Below the pieces are notes generated by a model. It was not told where the DNA came from. It did no database searches and saw nothing but the letters and a program-made list of their open reading frames with translations. The position numbers were made by a program, and so were the translations under genes. From Alphaproteobacteria bacterium (lineage in GTDB: Bacteria; Pseudomonadota; Alphaproteobacteria; Bin95), in assembly GCA_965205265.1 (NCBI GenBank), contig CBDBGH010000003.1, positions 1,440,001-1,504,000 of the forward strand: DNA of 64,000 nucleotides, written 5' to 3'. How positions within the stretch are numbered: position 1 is the first letter of the stretch; the number at the start of each line of letters is the position of its first letter. Positions 1-9,932 of this stretch are shown here, piece by piece.

Positions 1-854
1 GCAAGTCGCTGACCGGCATGTCGATCATCGGCCTTCTGGAGCCGCCGGGGCGCATCGCGGAAGGGCGCGTCCGCCTGGACGGCCGGCGCATCGACAATCT
101 CGCGCCGGAGGCAATGCGCCGCATCCGCGGCAAGCAAATCGGCGCCGTCTTCCAGGACCCGCTGACCAGCCTCAACCCGCTCTACACCATCGGCCGGCAG
201 CTTGTGGAAACCATCTCCACCCATCTCGACCTCGGCGACCGGGCGGCGCGCTCCCGGGCACTGGAGCTGCTTTCCGAGGTCGGCATTCCGGCTCCCGAGC
301 GCCGTATCGACAGCTATCCGCACGAGTTTTCGGGCGGGATGCGCCAGCGCGTGGTGATTGCGCTCGCGCTTGCGGCCAATCCGCGCCTGCTGATCGCCGA
401 CGAGCCGACGACGGCGCTCGACGTGTCGATCCAGGCGCAGATCATCGCGCTGCTGAAACGCCTCTGCCGCGAGCACGGCACGGCGGTCATGCTGGTGACG
501 CACGACATGGGCGTGATCGCGGAGACGGCTGACCGGGTGGCGGTGATGTATGCCGGACGGATCGCCGAGATCGGCCCGGTGCGCGATGTCATCCAGGTTC
601 CGCGCCACCCCTATACCGAGGGACTGATGGGATCGATCCCGACCATGGCGGAGCGGCGCGACCGGCTGGTCCAGATCGAGGGCGCCATGCCGCGCCTCAC
701 CGAAATCCCGCCCGGCTGCGCCTTCGGTCCCCGCTGCCCGAAGGTCTTTGCCCGTTGCGGCGACGAGCGCCCCGAGCTGATGGCGACAGGAGGCTCCAGC
801 CGCGCCGCCTGCTGGCTTTACGACGGCGTCCATGAAACCGAGGAAGGTCAATGA
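1..854 (+). CDS. Dipeptide/oligopeptide ABC transporter ATP-binding subunit (DppD/OppD-like), 5'-truncated by the window edge
   Basis: End of Walker A (KSLT) at the window start, [12 protein letters not shown] signature, [12 protein letters not shown] Walker B, C-terminal HPYT...GCAF.PRC oligo_HPY domain. Confidence 0.93.
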   Translation, partial: KSLTGMSIIGLLEPPGRIAEGRVRLDGRRIDNLAPEAMRRIRGKQIGAVFQDPLTSLNPLYTIGRQLVETISTHLDLGDRAARSRALELLSEVGIPAPERRIDSYPHEFSGGMRQRVVIALALAANPRLLIADEPTTALDVSIQAQIIALLKRLCREHGTAVMLVTHDMGVIAETADRVAVMYAGRIAEIGPVRDVIQVPRHPYTEGLMGSIPTMAERRDRLVQIEGAMPRLTEIPPGCAFGPRCPKVFARCGDERPELMATGGSSRAACWLYDGVHETEEGQ

Positions 855-1063
855 ACACGAACGAAGACCCTGTAGCCCGCGATTTCGACCCGGACGCCGC
901 GCCGGACCTGTCGCGGGACGGCTGGCCGGAGAAGTTTGCCGCTGCGAATGTCAGGTGGGAGGCAGCCGCCGGCAAACGCGGATCGACCGGGCGACGAGGG
1001 AGTGGATTGCGAGGTCCGCGACCTGCTTCCGATGCGTCCGGAAAGCGCGGCGCGGGACCATGA
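851..1063 (+). pseudogene. BrnA-type (DUF4415) antitoxin remnant with internal deletion/frameshift
   Basis: Frame from 851 gives DFDPDAAPDLSRDGWPEKFA (BrnA-like N-terminus); the frame of ORF 832..1086 gives GGSRRQTRIDRATREWIAR (resembles the BrnA C-terminal GWQTRIxxALREW); the central RGRP/IRL segment is missing. Confidence 0.6.
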
Positions 1064-1122
1064 CAATGGGGAGAAATCCGGGTTAGGTTCCCGCCCGCAA
1101 ACAATCCCGAAAGGCTCCGAGG

Positions 1123-2697
1123 ATGCGACTCCGAACTGCTGCTGCGGCGCTCGCCGCGACGATGGCCATGGCGATGCCCGCCGGCGCCAAGACCTTCACC
1201 TGGTCGTTCCAGGGCGACGCGCAGGCGCTCGACCCCTATGTGCTGAACGAGACCTTCACGCTGGGCCTGCTCGGCAATGTCTATGAAGGGCTGATCCGGC
1301 GCGGACCGGACCTGGACATCCAGCCGGCGCTCGCCGAGCGCTGGGAGATCGTCGAGCCCAACCGGTGGCGCTTCCATCTCCGGCAGGGCGTCGTCTTCCA
1401 CAACGGCAACCCCTTCAACGCCGACGACGTGATCTTCTCCGCCGACCGCGTGCGCGCCGAGGGGTCGGACCTGACGACCCGCATCGCCAAGAGCGTCAAG
1501 GTCGAGAAGGTCGACGACTACACCGTCGATTTCGTGACCGACGGCCCCAACCCGATCCTGCATTCGGAATGGGCGACCTGGTACATCATGGACAAGGAGT
1601 GGTCGGAAGCGAACAACGCCGCAGCGCCGACCTCGCTCGCCGAAGGCACGGACAATTTCGCCGCCTTCAACGCCAACGGCACCGGCCCCTTCAAGGTCGT
1701 GAAGCGCGAAACCGATGTGGAAACGGTGCTGGAGCCGCATGAGGGCTGGTGGGACACGCCGAAGCACAACCTGACCCGCGTGGTGTTCAAGCCGATCGGC
1801 TCCGACGCGACCCGCGTCGCCGCGCTCCTCTCCGGCGAGATCGACATGGCCTATCCCGTGCCGGTGCAGGACATCAAGCGCGTGGACGGCAATGACGGCA
1901 CCTCGGTGCTGATCGGCCCCGAACTGCGCACGATCTTCCTCGGCCTCGACATCGCCCGCGACGAGCTTCTCTATTCGAGCGTCAAGGGCGCCAATCCGTT
2001 CAAGGACGTGCGGGTGCGGCAGGCCTTCTATCACGCGATCAATATCGACGCGATCCGCAAGAAGGTGATGCGCCGCCTGTCCGACCCCTCGGCGCTGATG
2101 ATCTCGCCGAAACTCTTTCCGCATGCTCCGGGAATCGAGCGGCTCGCCTATGACCCGGACAAGGCGAAATCGCTGCTGGCGGAAGCCGGTTACGGCGAGG
2201 GCTTCGAGGTCGGCATGAATTGCCCGAACAACCGCTATGTGAACGACGAGCAGATCTGCATCGCGATTTCCTCGATGCTCGCCAAGATCGGCATCAAGGT
2301 GAACCTCGTGGCCGAGCCGAAGGCGCTGTTCTTCAAGAAGATCCTGGGGCCGAACTACGACACCAGCTTCTTCCTGCTCGGCTGGACGCCGGGTTCGTTC
2401 GACAGCTGGAACGTGCTCTACAACCTGCTGAATTGCCGGGAGGATACCGGGCGCGGCAAGTTCAATGTCGGCGGCTACTGCAACAAGGACGTCGATGCGC
2501 TGACGGACAGGATCAAGGTCTCGACCGACGAGGCGGAACGCAACGCCATGATTGCGAAGGCCTATGAGATCGCCGCTGCCGAAGTCGGCACAATTCCGCT
2601 GCACCAGCAGGGACTGGCATGGGGCAAGAGCGACTCCGTCGAGCTCGCCCAGCGCGCCGACAACCAGTTCATGCTCTACTATGTCGTGAAGAAGTAG
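1123..2697 (+). CDS. ABC transporter substrate-binding protein, family 5 (DppA-like)
   Basis: Signal peptide, YEGL..PALAE.W, LRQGVVFHNG.PF.ADDV.FS, GTGPF, DVRVRQA motifs. Confidence 0.95.
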   Translation: MRLRTAAAALAATMAMAMPAGAKTFTWSFQGDAQALDPYVLNETFTLGLLGNVYEGLIRRGPDLDIQPALAERWEIVEPNRWRFHLRQGVVFHNGNPFNADDVIFSADRVRAEGSDLTTRIAKSVKVEKVDDYTVDFVTDGPNPILHSEWATWYIMDKEWSEANNAAAPTSLAEGTDNFAAFNANGTGPFKVVKRETDVETVLEPHEGWWDTPKHNLTRVVFKPIGSDATRVAALLSGEIDMAYPVPVQDIKRVDGNDGTSVLIGPELRTIFLGLDIARDELLYSSVKGANPFKDVRVRQAFYHAINIDAIRKKVMRRLSDPSALMISPKLFPHAPGIERLAYDPDKAKSLLAEAGYGEGFEVGMNCPNNRYVNDEQICIAISSMLAKIGIKVNLVAEPKALFFKKILGPNYDTSFFLLGWTPGSFDSWNVLYNLLNCREDTGRGKFNVGGYCNKDVDALTDRIKVSTDEAERNAMIAKAYEIAAAEVGTIPLHQQGLAWGKSDSVELAQRADNQFMLYYVVKK

Positions 2698-2706
2698 GCG
2701 CCGGCG

Positions 2707-2739
2707 GGGGAGGGCAGGGCCTTGCCGCCGGCCCTCCCC
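2707..2739 (+). terminator. GC-rich hairpin after the SBP gene (terminator or mRNA-stabilising stem)
   Basis: GGGGAGGGC...GCCCTCCCC inverted repeat 10 bp after the stop; no U-tract. Confidence 0.45.
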
Positions 2740-2759
2740 GGGCCCAGATGGCCTCTGCC

Positions 2760-3188
2760 ATGACGGATGCCCTCTTCAAGCTCTACACGCGCGACATCCT
2801 CCGCCTTGCAGGCGGCATTTCCCGCGTGGGGCAGCTGGACGGGGCGGACGGGGCGGCGACGCGCACCAGCCGGCTTTGCGGCAGCGTGATGACGGTTGAG
2901 GTTGCGGTCGAGGACGGCCGCATCGCCGACTATGCGCAGCGCATCCAGGCCTGCGCCTTCGGCCAGGCGTCGGCGGCGCTGTTCGCGGAGACGGCGCCCG
3001 GACGCAGCGCCCGGGAGGTCGAGGAAGGGCGCGCCCAGGTCGAAGCGTTCCTGAAGGGCGGGGCGGCTCCGAACGGCGTGTGGAGCGCGTTCGGGCGCCT
3101 TGAGCCCGTGCGCGAGGTAACGGCGCGCCACGGCGCGGTATTGTTGCCTTTCGAGACGACGCTGGATGCGCTTCAGGCCGCGGCGTAG
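2760..3188 (+). CDS. Fe-S cluster scaffold-like protein (NifU_N/IscU/SufU family)
   Basis: LYTRDIL, SRLCGS, ACAFGQASA, RHGAVLLPF motifs of the alphaproteobacterial NifU-N family. Confidence 0.85.
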   Translation: MTDALFKLYTRDILRLAGGISRVGQLDGADGAATRTSRLCGSVMTVEVAVEDGRIADYAQRIQACAFGQASAALFAETAPGRSAREVEEGRAQVEAFLKGGAAPNGVWSAFGRLEPVREVTARHGAVLLPFETTLDALQAAA

Positions 3189-4321
3189 CGGTTCGTAGTC
3201 GTTTCGAAATGGGCCACGGCCGGCTCGTTCCGGCCGATGGTGACATGCGCGTTCACCCCGGCGGCGAACCCCGCCTGAATCGTCTCGCCGGTCGGGAAGT
3301 CCTCTTCGATCACCGTGCGCACCGCCAGATCGACATTCTTGTCCCAGTGGATGCGCGCCTTTTCGCCCCGCACCGGCTCCGGAATGTAGAAGTCGAACAG
3401 GACCGTGGAAGCGCCCGGCCCGCCGCCCTTTTTCGGGAAACAGCGCCAGACCTCCATATGGTCCTTCTGGACGATGAAGGCGGTGTTCGGGAAGAACACG
3501 TAAACGAGCGCCGAGTTGTCCACGAGGTCCCAGTCCTCGGGCGGCTTCTCGCGCATTTCGCGGAGGCCGTGACGCGGCAGCACCTCGCGAAGATGCGGCC
3601 CGAACCCGTCGTAAAGGCAGAGATTGCCGATGAAGATCGAGGCGACGGTGTTCTTGTGCAGGAACGGGAAGTGGTAGGGCTCCAGGAAGGTATCGACGGC
3701 GATCTTCCAGTTCATGGAGAAATCGAAGCGCCGGCTGGAGTAGGGCACCCAGCCTTCGAGCCGGTAGGGCGCAAACTCCGCGGCCATGCCTTCGAGCAGC
3801 GTATCGACTTCGAACGGCTCGCCCGGCGTCGCCTGCACGAAGACCATGCCGTGCTTCTCCGCCACCGGCACCGGCGCCAGGCGGTGGCCGTCTCGTTCGA
3901 CGCCGGGGAAATTGCGTTCGTCGGGCAGGCCGATCAGCCGGCCTTCAAGGTCGTAGGTCCAGCCGTGGTAAGGGCAGGAGAAGGAGGCCGCGCCGCAGCC
4001 GCGGCCCTCGACGAGCCTCGCCCCGCGGTGGCGGCAGACATTCGCGAACGCCCGGAGTTCCCCGTCGCGGCCGCGGACGACCAAAAGCGGTATGCCGGTC
4101 TCGTCGCTGGCGATCCAGTCTCCGGGATCGGGCAACAGCCCCGAGAGCCCGACGAAGAGCGGGCGCCCGCGGAACAGCTTCCGGTTTTCCCGTTCGGCCC
4201 GCTCGGGGCAGGTGTAGGCGCTCACCGGCTGGCGGACGACCTCCGGCCAGACATCGGTCGTTCCCGCGTCGAGATGGGCGAACAGCCTGCGGGAGAGTTC
4301 CTGTTGAAGCTCAGCCTGCAT
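3173..4321 (-). CDS. Rieske aromatic ring-hydroxylating oxygenase alpha subunit
   Basis: CRHRG...CPYHGW Rieske motif; NWK..D.FLEPYH...LH mononuclear Fe site; distal EED. Confidence 0.93.
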   Translation of the reverse strand: MQAELQQELSRRLFAHLDAGTTDVWPEVVRQPVSAYTCPERAERENRKLFRGRPLFVGLSGLLPDPGDWIASDETGIPLLVVRGRDGELRAFANVCRHRGARLVEGRGCGAASFSCPYHGWTYDLEGRLIGLPDERNFPGVERDGHRLAPVPVAEKHGMVFVQATPGEPFEVDTLLEGMAAEFAPYRLEGWVPYSSRRFDFSMNWKIAVDTFLEPYHFPFLHKNTVASIFIGNLCLYDGFGPHLREVLPRHGLREMREKPPEDWDLVDNSALVYVFFPNTAFIVQKDHMEVWRCFPKKGGGPGASTVLFDFYIPEPVRGEKARIHWDKNVDLAVRTVIEEDFPTGETIQAGFAAGVNAHVTIGRNEPAVAHFETTTNRYAAA

Positions 4322-5921
4322 CCTTTTCTTCCCGCTTTGCGAGGTCCCACAAGCGGTCCAGTTCCGCGAGCGGGGCCTCCGGAAGCGCCGTGCCTTCCTC
4401 CTGCGCGAGGGCCTCGACCCTGCGAAACCGCCTCTCGAACCGGGCGTTGGCGTCCCGCAGCGCCGTTTCCGGCTGGACGCCGAGCTTACGCGCGAGATTG
4501 ACGGCGGAAAAGAGCAGGTCGCCGATCTCGGCCGGGATGTCGGCATCCAGCGCCACTATCTCGTCCAGCTCCTCGCGCACCTTATCGAAAACCAGCGCGG
4601 CGTTCGGCCAGTCGAAACCGGCCCGCGCCGCGCGGCGTTGCAGCTTCTCCGCGCGCATCAGCGCCGGCAGGGCGAGCGGCACATCGTCCAGCACGCTCGA
4701 ACGCGGCGCGCCGGAGTCTTCGGCCTTGCGCTGGCGCTCGCGTTCCTTCTGCGCCTCCCAATTGGCGGTCTGCGCCTCGGCGTCGGCAACCGTGGCGCCG
4801 CCGAAGACGTGGGGGTGGCGCGCGACCATCTTGGCGGAAACCGCATTGACGACATCGCCAAAGGCGAATGCGCCGCGCTCCTCGGCCATTCTTGCGTGGA
4901 AGACGACCTGGAAGAGCAGGTCGCCCAACTCGTCGCGCAGCGCATCGAGGTCTCCGGAACGGATGGCCTCCGCGACTTCGTAGGCTTCCTCGACCGTGTA
5001 TGGCGCGATGGTCTCGAAACTCTGCTCGATATCCCAGGGACAGCCGACAGAAGGCGTCCGCAGGGTGGCCATGATTTCCAGAAGCGAATCAACGGGTTGC
5101 GATCCTATTGTCGCATAATGTATATTATGGGAAATCAAAGCCGGTGAATTCGGGAGGACTTCGAAGGTCATGCCGTCGATGCCGGGTTCGACCCCCTCCG
5201 GCAGTTCGGCAACGAGCGTCCGGTAGTCCATATAATGATTGAGATGCGTCAGCACGACGCGCCGCGGCCCGAGGCGTTCCACCCACTCCAGCACGACCGG
5301 CAGGAAGGCGTGGTTGCCGCTCGGAAAATCGGCATGGCCAGCGCCAACGATCCAGGTCTCGATTCCCTCAAGCGCCTCGAACGCGGCTTCGTCGAGATGC
5401 GATACATCGGTGCTGTAGGCGAAATTCCCGATCCTGAGCCCGGTGGACCGTCCCTGCCCGTGCTGCTGCTCGAAGGCCCGGAACCCGATGCCTGAAATCT
5501 CGAAGCGGTCTTCGATCGGATACGGATTCACGGCGGGCCGGAAGTAAACCGGCCCATCGACGGGACCGGCAAAGGCATAGGGAAACCTCTGCCGGATGCG
5601 CTCCAGCACTTCCGCCCGTCCGTAAACATCGACCGGGCCGCCGCGCTCGGTGCAGAGCGACTTCAGGTCGTCGATGCCGTGAATATGGTCGGCATGAGCA
5701 TGGGTGTAGATGACGGCGTCGAGCCGCCCGCCGCCCGCGGAAAGCCACTGCTCGCGGAAGTCCGGCCCGGTATCGACGACGATACGCGCGCCTTCCGCCT
5801 CGATCAGGATCGACGGCCGCCTGCGCCGGTTTCGCGGATCGTCGGGGTCGCAGGCGCCCCAGTCGCCGCTCGCGACCGGCACGCCGGCGGAGCCGCCGCA
5901 GCCGAGAACCGTTATGCGCAA
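4311..5921 (-). CDS. mazG: MBL-fold metallo-hydrolase (PhnP/YycJ-like) fused in frame to nucleoside triphosphate pyrophosphohydrolase MazG
   Basis: TTG start at 5921 (MRITVLGCGGSAGVP), THAHADHIHG; no stop before LR...GCPWD.EQ, EEAYEV, DELGDLLFQ, EIGDLLF MazG motifs. Confidence 0.88.
   Translation of the reverse strand: MRITVLGCGGSAGVPVASGDWGACDPDDPRNRRRRPSILIEAEGARIVVDTGPDFREQWLSAGGGRLDAVIYTHAHADHIHGIDDLKSLCTERGGPVDVYGRAEVLERIRQRFPYAFAGPVDGPVYFRPAVNPYPIEDRFEISGIGFRAFEQQHGQGRSTGLRIGNFAYSTDVSHLDEAAFEALEGIETWIVGAGHADFPSGNHAFLPVVLEWVERLGPRRVVLTHLNHYMDYRTLVAELPEGVEPGIDGMTFEVLPNSPALISHNIHYATIGSQPVDSLLEIMATLRTPSVGCPWDIEQSFETIAPYTVEEAYEVAEAIRSGDLDALRDELGDLLFQVVFHARMAEERGAFAFGDVVNAVSAKMVARHPHVFGGATVADAEAQTANWEAQKERERQRKAEDSGAPRSSVLDDVPLALPALMRAEKLQRRAARAGFDWPNAALVFDKVREELDEIVALDADIPAEIGDLLFSAVNLARKLGVQPETALRDANARFERRFRRVEALAQEEGTALPEAPLAELDRLWDLAKREEKDAG
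5108..5135 (+). other. dif: dif site (XerC/XerD chromosome dimer resolution site)
   Basis: TTGTCGCATAA-TGTATA-TTATGGGAAAT; 11-6-11 layout closely matching E. coli dif GGTGCGCATAA-TGTATA-TTATGTTAAAT. Confidence 0.9.
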
Positions 5922-6691
5922 GTCCGTGCTTTCCGGAACAGGCGGAAGAAGTTGTCCGTGGTTGCTGCTGCAAAGGCTTCGCCGGAAACGCCTTTCAGTT
6001 CGGCTGCGACCGCCGCCGTATGGACGACATAGGCCGGCTCGTTGCGCTTGCCCCGCATCGGCACCGGCGCCAGGAACGGCGCATCGGTCTCCACCAGCAA
6101 TCGGTCGAGCGGCACGTCCGCCGCGATCTCGCGCAGGGCCGCTGAATTGCGGAAAGTCACGATGCCGGAAAGCGAAATATAAAGCCCCAATTCCAGGGCC
6201 TTGTCCGCCAATGCCCGTCCGCTGCTGAAACAATGCATGACGCCCGGGACCTGCCCCGCCGCCTCTTCTTCGAGGATCGCCGCGGTGTCCGTATCGGCGT
6301 TGCGGCTGTGCACGACGAACGGCACGTCCGCCTTTGCGGCGGCGCGGATATGGCGCCGGAAGCTCTCCTGCTGGAGCTCGCGGGGGCTGCGGTCGTAGTG
6401 GTAGTCGAGGCCGGTTTCGCCGAGCGCGACCACCTTGGGGTGTTCCGCCAGGCCGGCAAGATACCCCTCTTCCGACAGCCCTTCGGCGGCGACATGGTGC
6501 GGATGCAGCCCGACCGCGCAGAACACGCTCTCATGGCGCTCGGCAAGCGCAATCACGGCCTCGGCCTGTCGCGGGCGGGTGCAGATCGTCACCATGCAGC
6601 CGACCCCGGCCTCGCGCGCGCGTTCCACCAGCGCATCGACTTCCCCCTCGAAGTCCGGGAAATCGAGGTGGCAATGGCTGTCCACCAGCAT
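5912..6691 (-). CDS. tatD: TatD family hydrolase
   Basis: DSHCHL, GLHPH, GETGLDY, HSR, HCFS, ETDAPFLAP; metG-tatD-MBL synteny. Confidence 0.95.
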   Translation of the reverse strand: MLVDSHCHLDFPDFEGEVDALVERAREAGVGCMVTICTRPRQAEAVIALAERHESVFCAVGLHPHHVAAEGLSEEGYLAGLAEHPKVVALGETGLDYHYDRSPRELQQESFRRHIRAAAKADVPFVVHSRNADTDTAAILEEEAAGQVPGVMHCFSSGRALADKALELGLYISLSGIVTFRNSAALREIAADVPLDRLLVETDAPFLAPVPMRGKRNEPAYVVHTAAVAAELKGVSGEAFAAATTDNFFRLFRKARTCA

Positions 6692-8241
6692 CAGGCTTCC
6701 TCGCCGCTATAGCGCGGGAACACGCCTTCCGGCCTGGGCAGCGCCCTGCCGGGGCTGAGCGTCCCGGCCTCTCCGAACGCCGCGAAATCGCGGGCTTCGG
6801 GCTCGACGGCAAGCTGGTCGAGAATGCGGTGGGACGCATCCGGCATGAACGGCAGGGTCGCAAGGGCAAGGCCCCTGATGGCCTCGGCGGCAACGAACAG
6901 GACCGTGCCCATGCGTTCCGGGTCGCTCCTGCGCAGCGCCCAGGGCTCCTCGCCGGCGATATAGGCATTGGCCGCCCGGATGACGCGCCAGATGTCTTCC
7001 AGCGCCTCGTGGAAGGCCTGGCGGTCCATCGCCGAGCGAAGCGGCTCGAGCAGGCCGCCGGCTTCGCCGAGCAACCCGTTGTCTTCTGGCAAAAACTGTC
7101 CCGGCCCGGGCAGCTTGCCGCCGCAATTCCGGGCGATCATCGAGAGCGTCCGCTGCACCAGGTTGCCGTAGTCGTTGGCGAGCTCGCCGTTCATGCGCTG
7201 GACCATCGACCGGTGCGAGAAATCGCCGTCATTGCCGAACGGCACCTCGCGCAGCAGGAAATAGCGGAGCTGATCCAGCCCGTAGCGTTCGATCAGGTCG
7301 TAGGGGTCGATGACATTGCCGAGCGATTTGGAGATCTTCTCGCCCTCATTGGTCCACCAGCCATGCGCGAACACGCGCCTGGGCGGCGCCACGCCGGCGG
7401 CCATGAGGAAGGCCGGCCAATAGACCGCATGGAAGCGCACGATGTCCTTGCCGACCATGTGAAGGTCGGCGGGCCAGTAGCGGCCGAACGATTCGCAGCC
7501 GGTCTCGGGGTAGCCGACCGCGGTGATGTAGTTGGTGAGCGCGTCCAGCCATACATACATGACATGGGCGTCGTCGCCGGGAACCGGAATGCCCCAATTG
7601 AAGGTCGTCCGCGAGACCGACAGGTCCTGCAGGCCCCCCTTGACGAAGCTGATGACCTCGTTGCGCCGGCTTTGGGGCCCGATGAAATCGGGATTCGCCT
7701 CGTAGAAGGCCAGCAGACGGTCCTGCCACCCCGACAGCCGGAAGAAATAGCTCGGCTCCTCGACCCATTCGCACTCGGCCCCGGTCGGCGCGATGCGGGC
7801 GCCGTCCCCGCGCTTCGTCACCTCGGATTCGGTAAAGAACGCCTCGTCGCGCACCGAATACCAGCCGGCATAGGTTCCCTGGTAGATGTCCCCGGCAGCC
7901 ACCAGCGCCTCCCAAATGCCCTGGCTTGCCAAAGTGTGGCGGTGTTCCGTCGTGCGGATGAAGTCGTCGTTCGACGTGCGCAGCGCCACCGCAAGCTTCC
8001 GGAAATTTTCCGACATCCGGTCGGTGAACGGTTGCGGCGCGTCGCCGGCGGCCGCTGCCGCCTTCTCGACCTTCTGCCCGTGCTCGTCCGTCCCGGTCAG
8101 GAACCGGACATCGTAGCCGTCGAGCCGCTTGAAGCGCGCCAGCACATCGCAGGCCAGCGTCGTGTATGCGTGGCCGATATGCGGCGCATCGTTGACGTAG
8201 TAGATCGGCGTGGTGATGTAGAACGGCGTGGCGTCGCTCAT
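6691..8241 (-). CDS. metG: Methionine--tRNA ligase
   Basis: YITTPIYYVN, HIGH, GTDEHG, KISKS, YVWLDAL. Confidence 0.98.
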   Translation of the reverse strand: MSDATPFYITTPIYYVNDAPHIGHAYTTLACDVLARFKRLDGYDVRFLTGTDEHGQKVEKAAAAAGDAPQPFTDRMSENFRKLAVALRTSNDDFIRTTEHRHTLASQGIWEALVAAGDIYQGTYAGWYSVRDEAFFTESEVTKRGDGARIAPTGAECEWVEEPSYFFRLSGWQDRLLAFYEANPDFIGPQSRRNEVISFVKGGLQDLSVSRTTFNWGIPVPGDDAHVMYVWLDALTNYITAVGYPETGCESFGRYWPADLHMVGKDIVRFHAVYWPAFLMAAGVAPPRRVFAHGWWTNEGEKISKSLGNVIDPYDLIERYGLDQLRYFLLREVPFGNDGDFSHRSMVQRMNGELANDYGNLVQRTLSMIARNCGGKLPGPGQFLPEDNGLLGEAGGLLEPLRSAMDRQAFHEALEDIWRVIRAANAYIAGEEPWALRRSDPERMGTVLFVAAEAIRGLALATLPFMPDASHRILDQLAVEPEARDFAAFGEAGTLSPGRALPRPEGVFPRYSGEEA

Positions 8242-8301
8242 GGGAGGCGGACATCCGGGTCCGGGAACACGGGCGCGTTGTCCCACTTATAATTCGCGGA
8301 A

Positions 8302-9315
8302 TCAAGCACGGGCGCCCTGCCCTCCGCCGGCGGCTGTCCTGGCGAGCCTGCCGAAAATCTCGAACACCGTCTGCCGCCGGTCGAGGGACAGCGTCATGCA
8401 GCGTTCCAGCAGGCGCGAGGCGCCCGCCTCGGCGTCCAGCCACGCGGCATCGGGGCCGATGGTCCGCAGGCGTTCGGCCAGGCTCATTGCAAGGATTCTT
8501 CCGAATGCCTGGAAATGCCCGGGCTCGCGGTTCTCCGTCACCGCGGCGGCGAGCGCCTCCAGGGCCTTGCGGTCGATAGCCGGCAGCGATTCGAGCAAGG
8601 CATCGACCGCCTGCTTGATTCCGCGTCCGCCGAGTCGCTCCAGTTCAAGCGCCGCGCCGGGGCTGCCGCCGGAAACCGCGAACAGGCGGGCGCATGCCTC
8701 CGCGTCCAGTTCCGGCGCGATATCGGAAAGGACATCGTCGAAATCCGGGCGGTCGAGAGGAACCATTCGCAGCAGGCGACAGCGGGAGCGCACCGTTGGG
8801 AGAAGCAGCGACGGGCGATGGGCGACCAATAAAATCAACACGTTGAGCGGTGGTTCTTCCAGAACTTTGAGGGCGGCGTTCTGCGCATTGGGATTCATCG
8901 AGTCGGCCCCGTCCACGATCAGGACGCGCCACGCCGACTCGCCGGGCGTGAGCTTCAGGAAGCGAATCGCGTCGCGTATCGCATCGACCCGGATTTCCCC
9001 ACGCGCGCCTGCCGGCTCTACGGTCCGCAAGTCGGCATGGCCGCCCGACGCCACGCGGCGGAAGACAGGCTCGTCGGCCGACAGATGGAGCGGCGTGGCC
9101 TCTGCCTCTTCCGGAAGCAATCCGGGTTGTCCTGCAAGGAGATAGCGGGCGAACCTGAAGGCCAGCGTCGCCTTGCCGATTCCGCGCGGCCCGGCAAGAA
9201 TCCAGGCATGATGCAGCCGGCCGGCGGCGTAATGGGCCGCAAGCATGCCCGCCGCGGCCAGGTGGCCGACCAGCCTCTCCCGTTTTCGCGGCTCCACTGC
9301 TTCCCCGCCGGTCAT
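8302..9315 (-). CDS. holB: DNA polymerase III subunit delta'
   Basis: HAWILAGPRGIGKATLA, NAALKVLEEPP, LPTVRSRC; tmk-holB-metG synteny. Confidence 0.93.
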   Translation of the reverse strand: MTGGEAVEPRKRERLVGHLAAAGMLAAHYAAGRLHHAWILAGPRGIGKATLAFRFARYLLAGQPGLLPEEAEATPLHLSADEPVFRRVASGGHADLRTVEPAGARGEIRVDAIRDAIRFLKLTPGESAWRVLIVDGADSMNPNAQNAALKVLEEPPLNVLILLVAHRPSLLLPTVRSRCRLLRMVPLDRPDFDDVLSDIAPELDAEACARLFAVSGGSPGAALELERLGGRGIKQAVDALLESLPAIDRKALEALAAAVTENREPGHFQAFGRILAMSLAERLRTIGPDAAWLDAEAGASRLLERCMTLSLDRRQTVFEIFGRLARTAAGGGQGARA

Positions 9316-9932
9316 GACAGGCCGAAATGCGCTGCAACGACGGCCTGCACGGCTGCCGCCACACTGTCCGGGTCCTGAGCAGCATCGACGACCGCTACGC
9401 GCTGCGTTTCCCGGCGCGCGATTTCAAGAAATCCCGCGCGCACGCGCAGATGCAGCTCGTCGTTCATCTCCTCGTAACGGCTCTTCTGCCGCTCGCGCGC
9501 TCTGTCCCGGCCCGTCTCAACGGGCAAGTCCAGCAGCAGCGTCAGGTCGGGCCGCAAGCCGCCGATGGCAAGCCGGCGCAGGACCGCCTCGTCTTCCGGC
9601 GCAACGCCCTGGCCGTAGCACTGGTAGGCAACCGTCGAATCGAAGAACCGGTCCGACAGCACCCATGTCCCGGCCGCAAGCGCCGGGCGGATGCGCTTTT
9701 CCGCATGCTCGCGCCGCGCCGCGTAGTGCAGCATCGCTTCCGTTAGCGGGTCCCAGTCCCGCGCCCCGGCGACAAGCAGCCCGCGGATGGCTTCGGCTTC
9801 CGTCGTGCCGCCCGGTTCGCGTGTGCGGATCACCTGGATGCCGTGCTCCTCCAGCCAGTCGGCCAGACGGCCCGCCTGGGTCGATTTTCCGGCCCCGTCG
9901 CCGCCTTCGAAAGTTATCAGCCTGCCGGTCAC
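9312..9932 (-). CDS. tmk: Thymidylate kinase
   Basis: GTG start; ITFEGGDGAGKSTQ, TREPGG, DRFFDSTVAYQ. Confidence 0.97.
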   Translation of the reverse strand: MTGRLITFEGGDGAGKSTQAGRLADWLEEHGIQVIRTREPGGTTEAEAIRGLLVAGARDWDPLTEAMLHYAARREHAEKRIRPALAAGTWVLSDRFFDSTVAYQCYGQGVAPEDEAVLRRLAIGGLRPDLTLLLDLPVETGRDRARERQKSRYEEMNDELHLRVRAGFLEIARRETQRVAVVDAAQDPDSVAAAVQAVVAAHFGLS

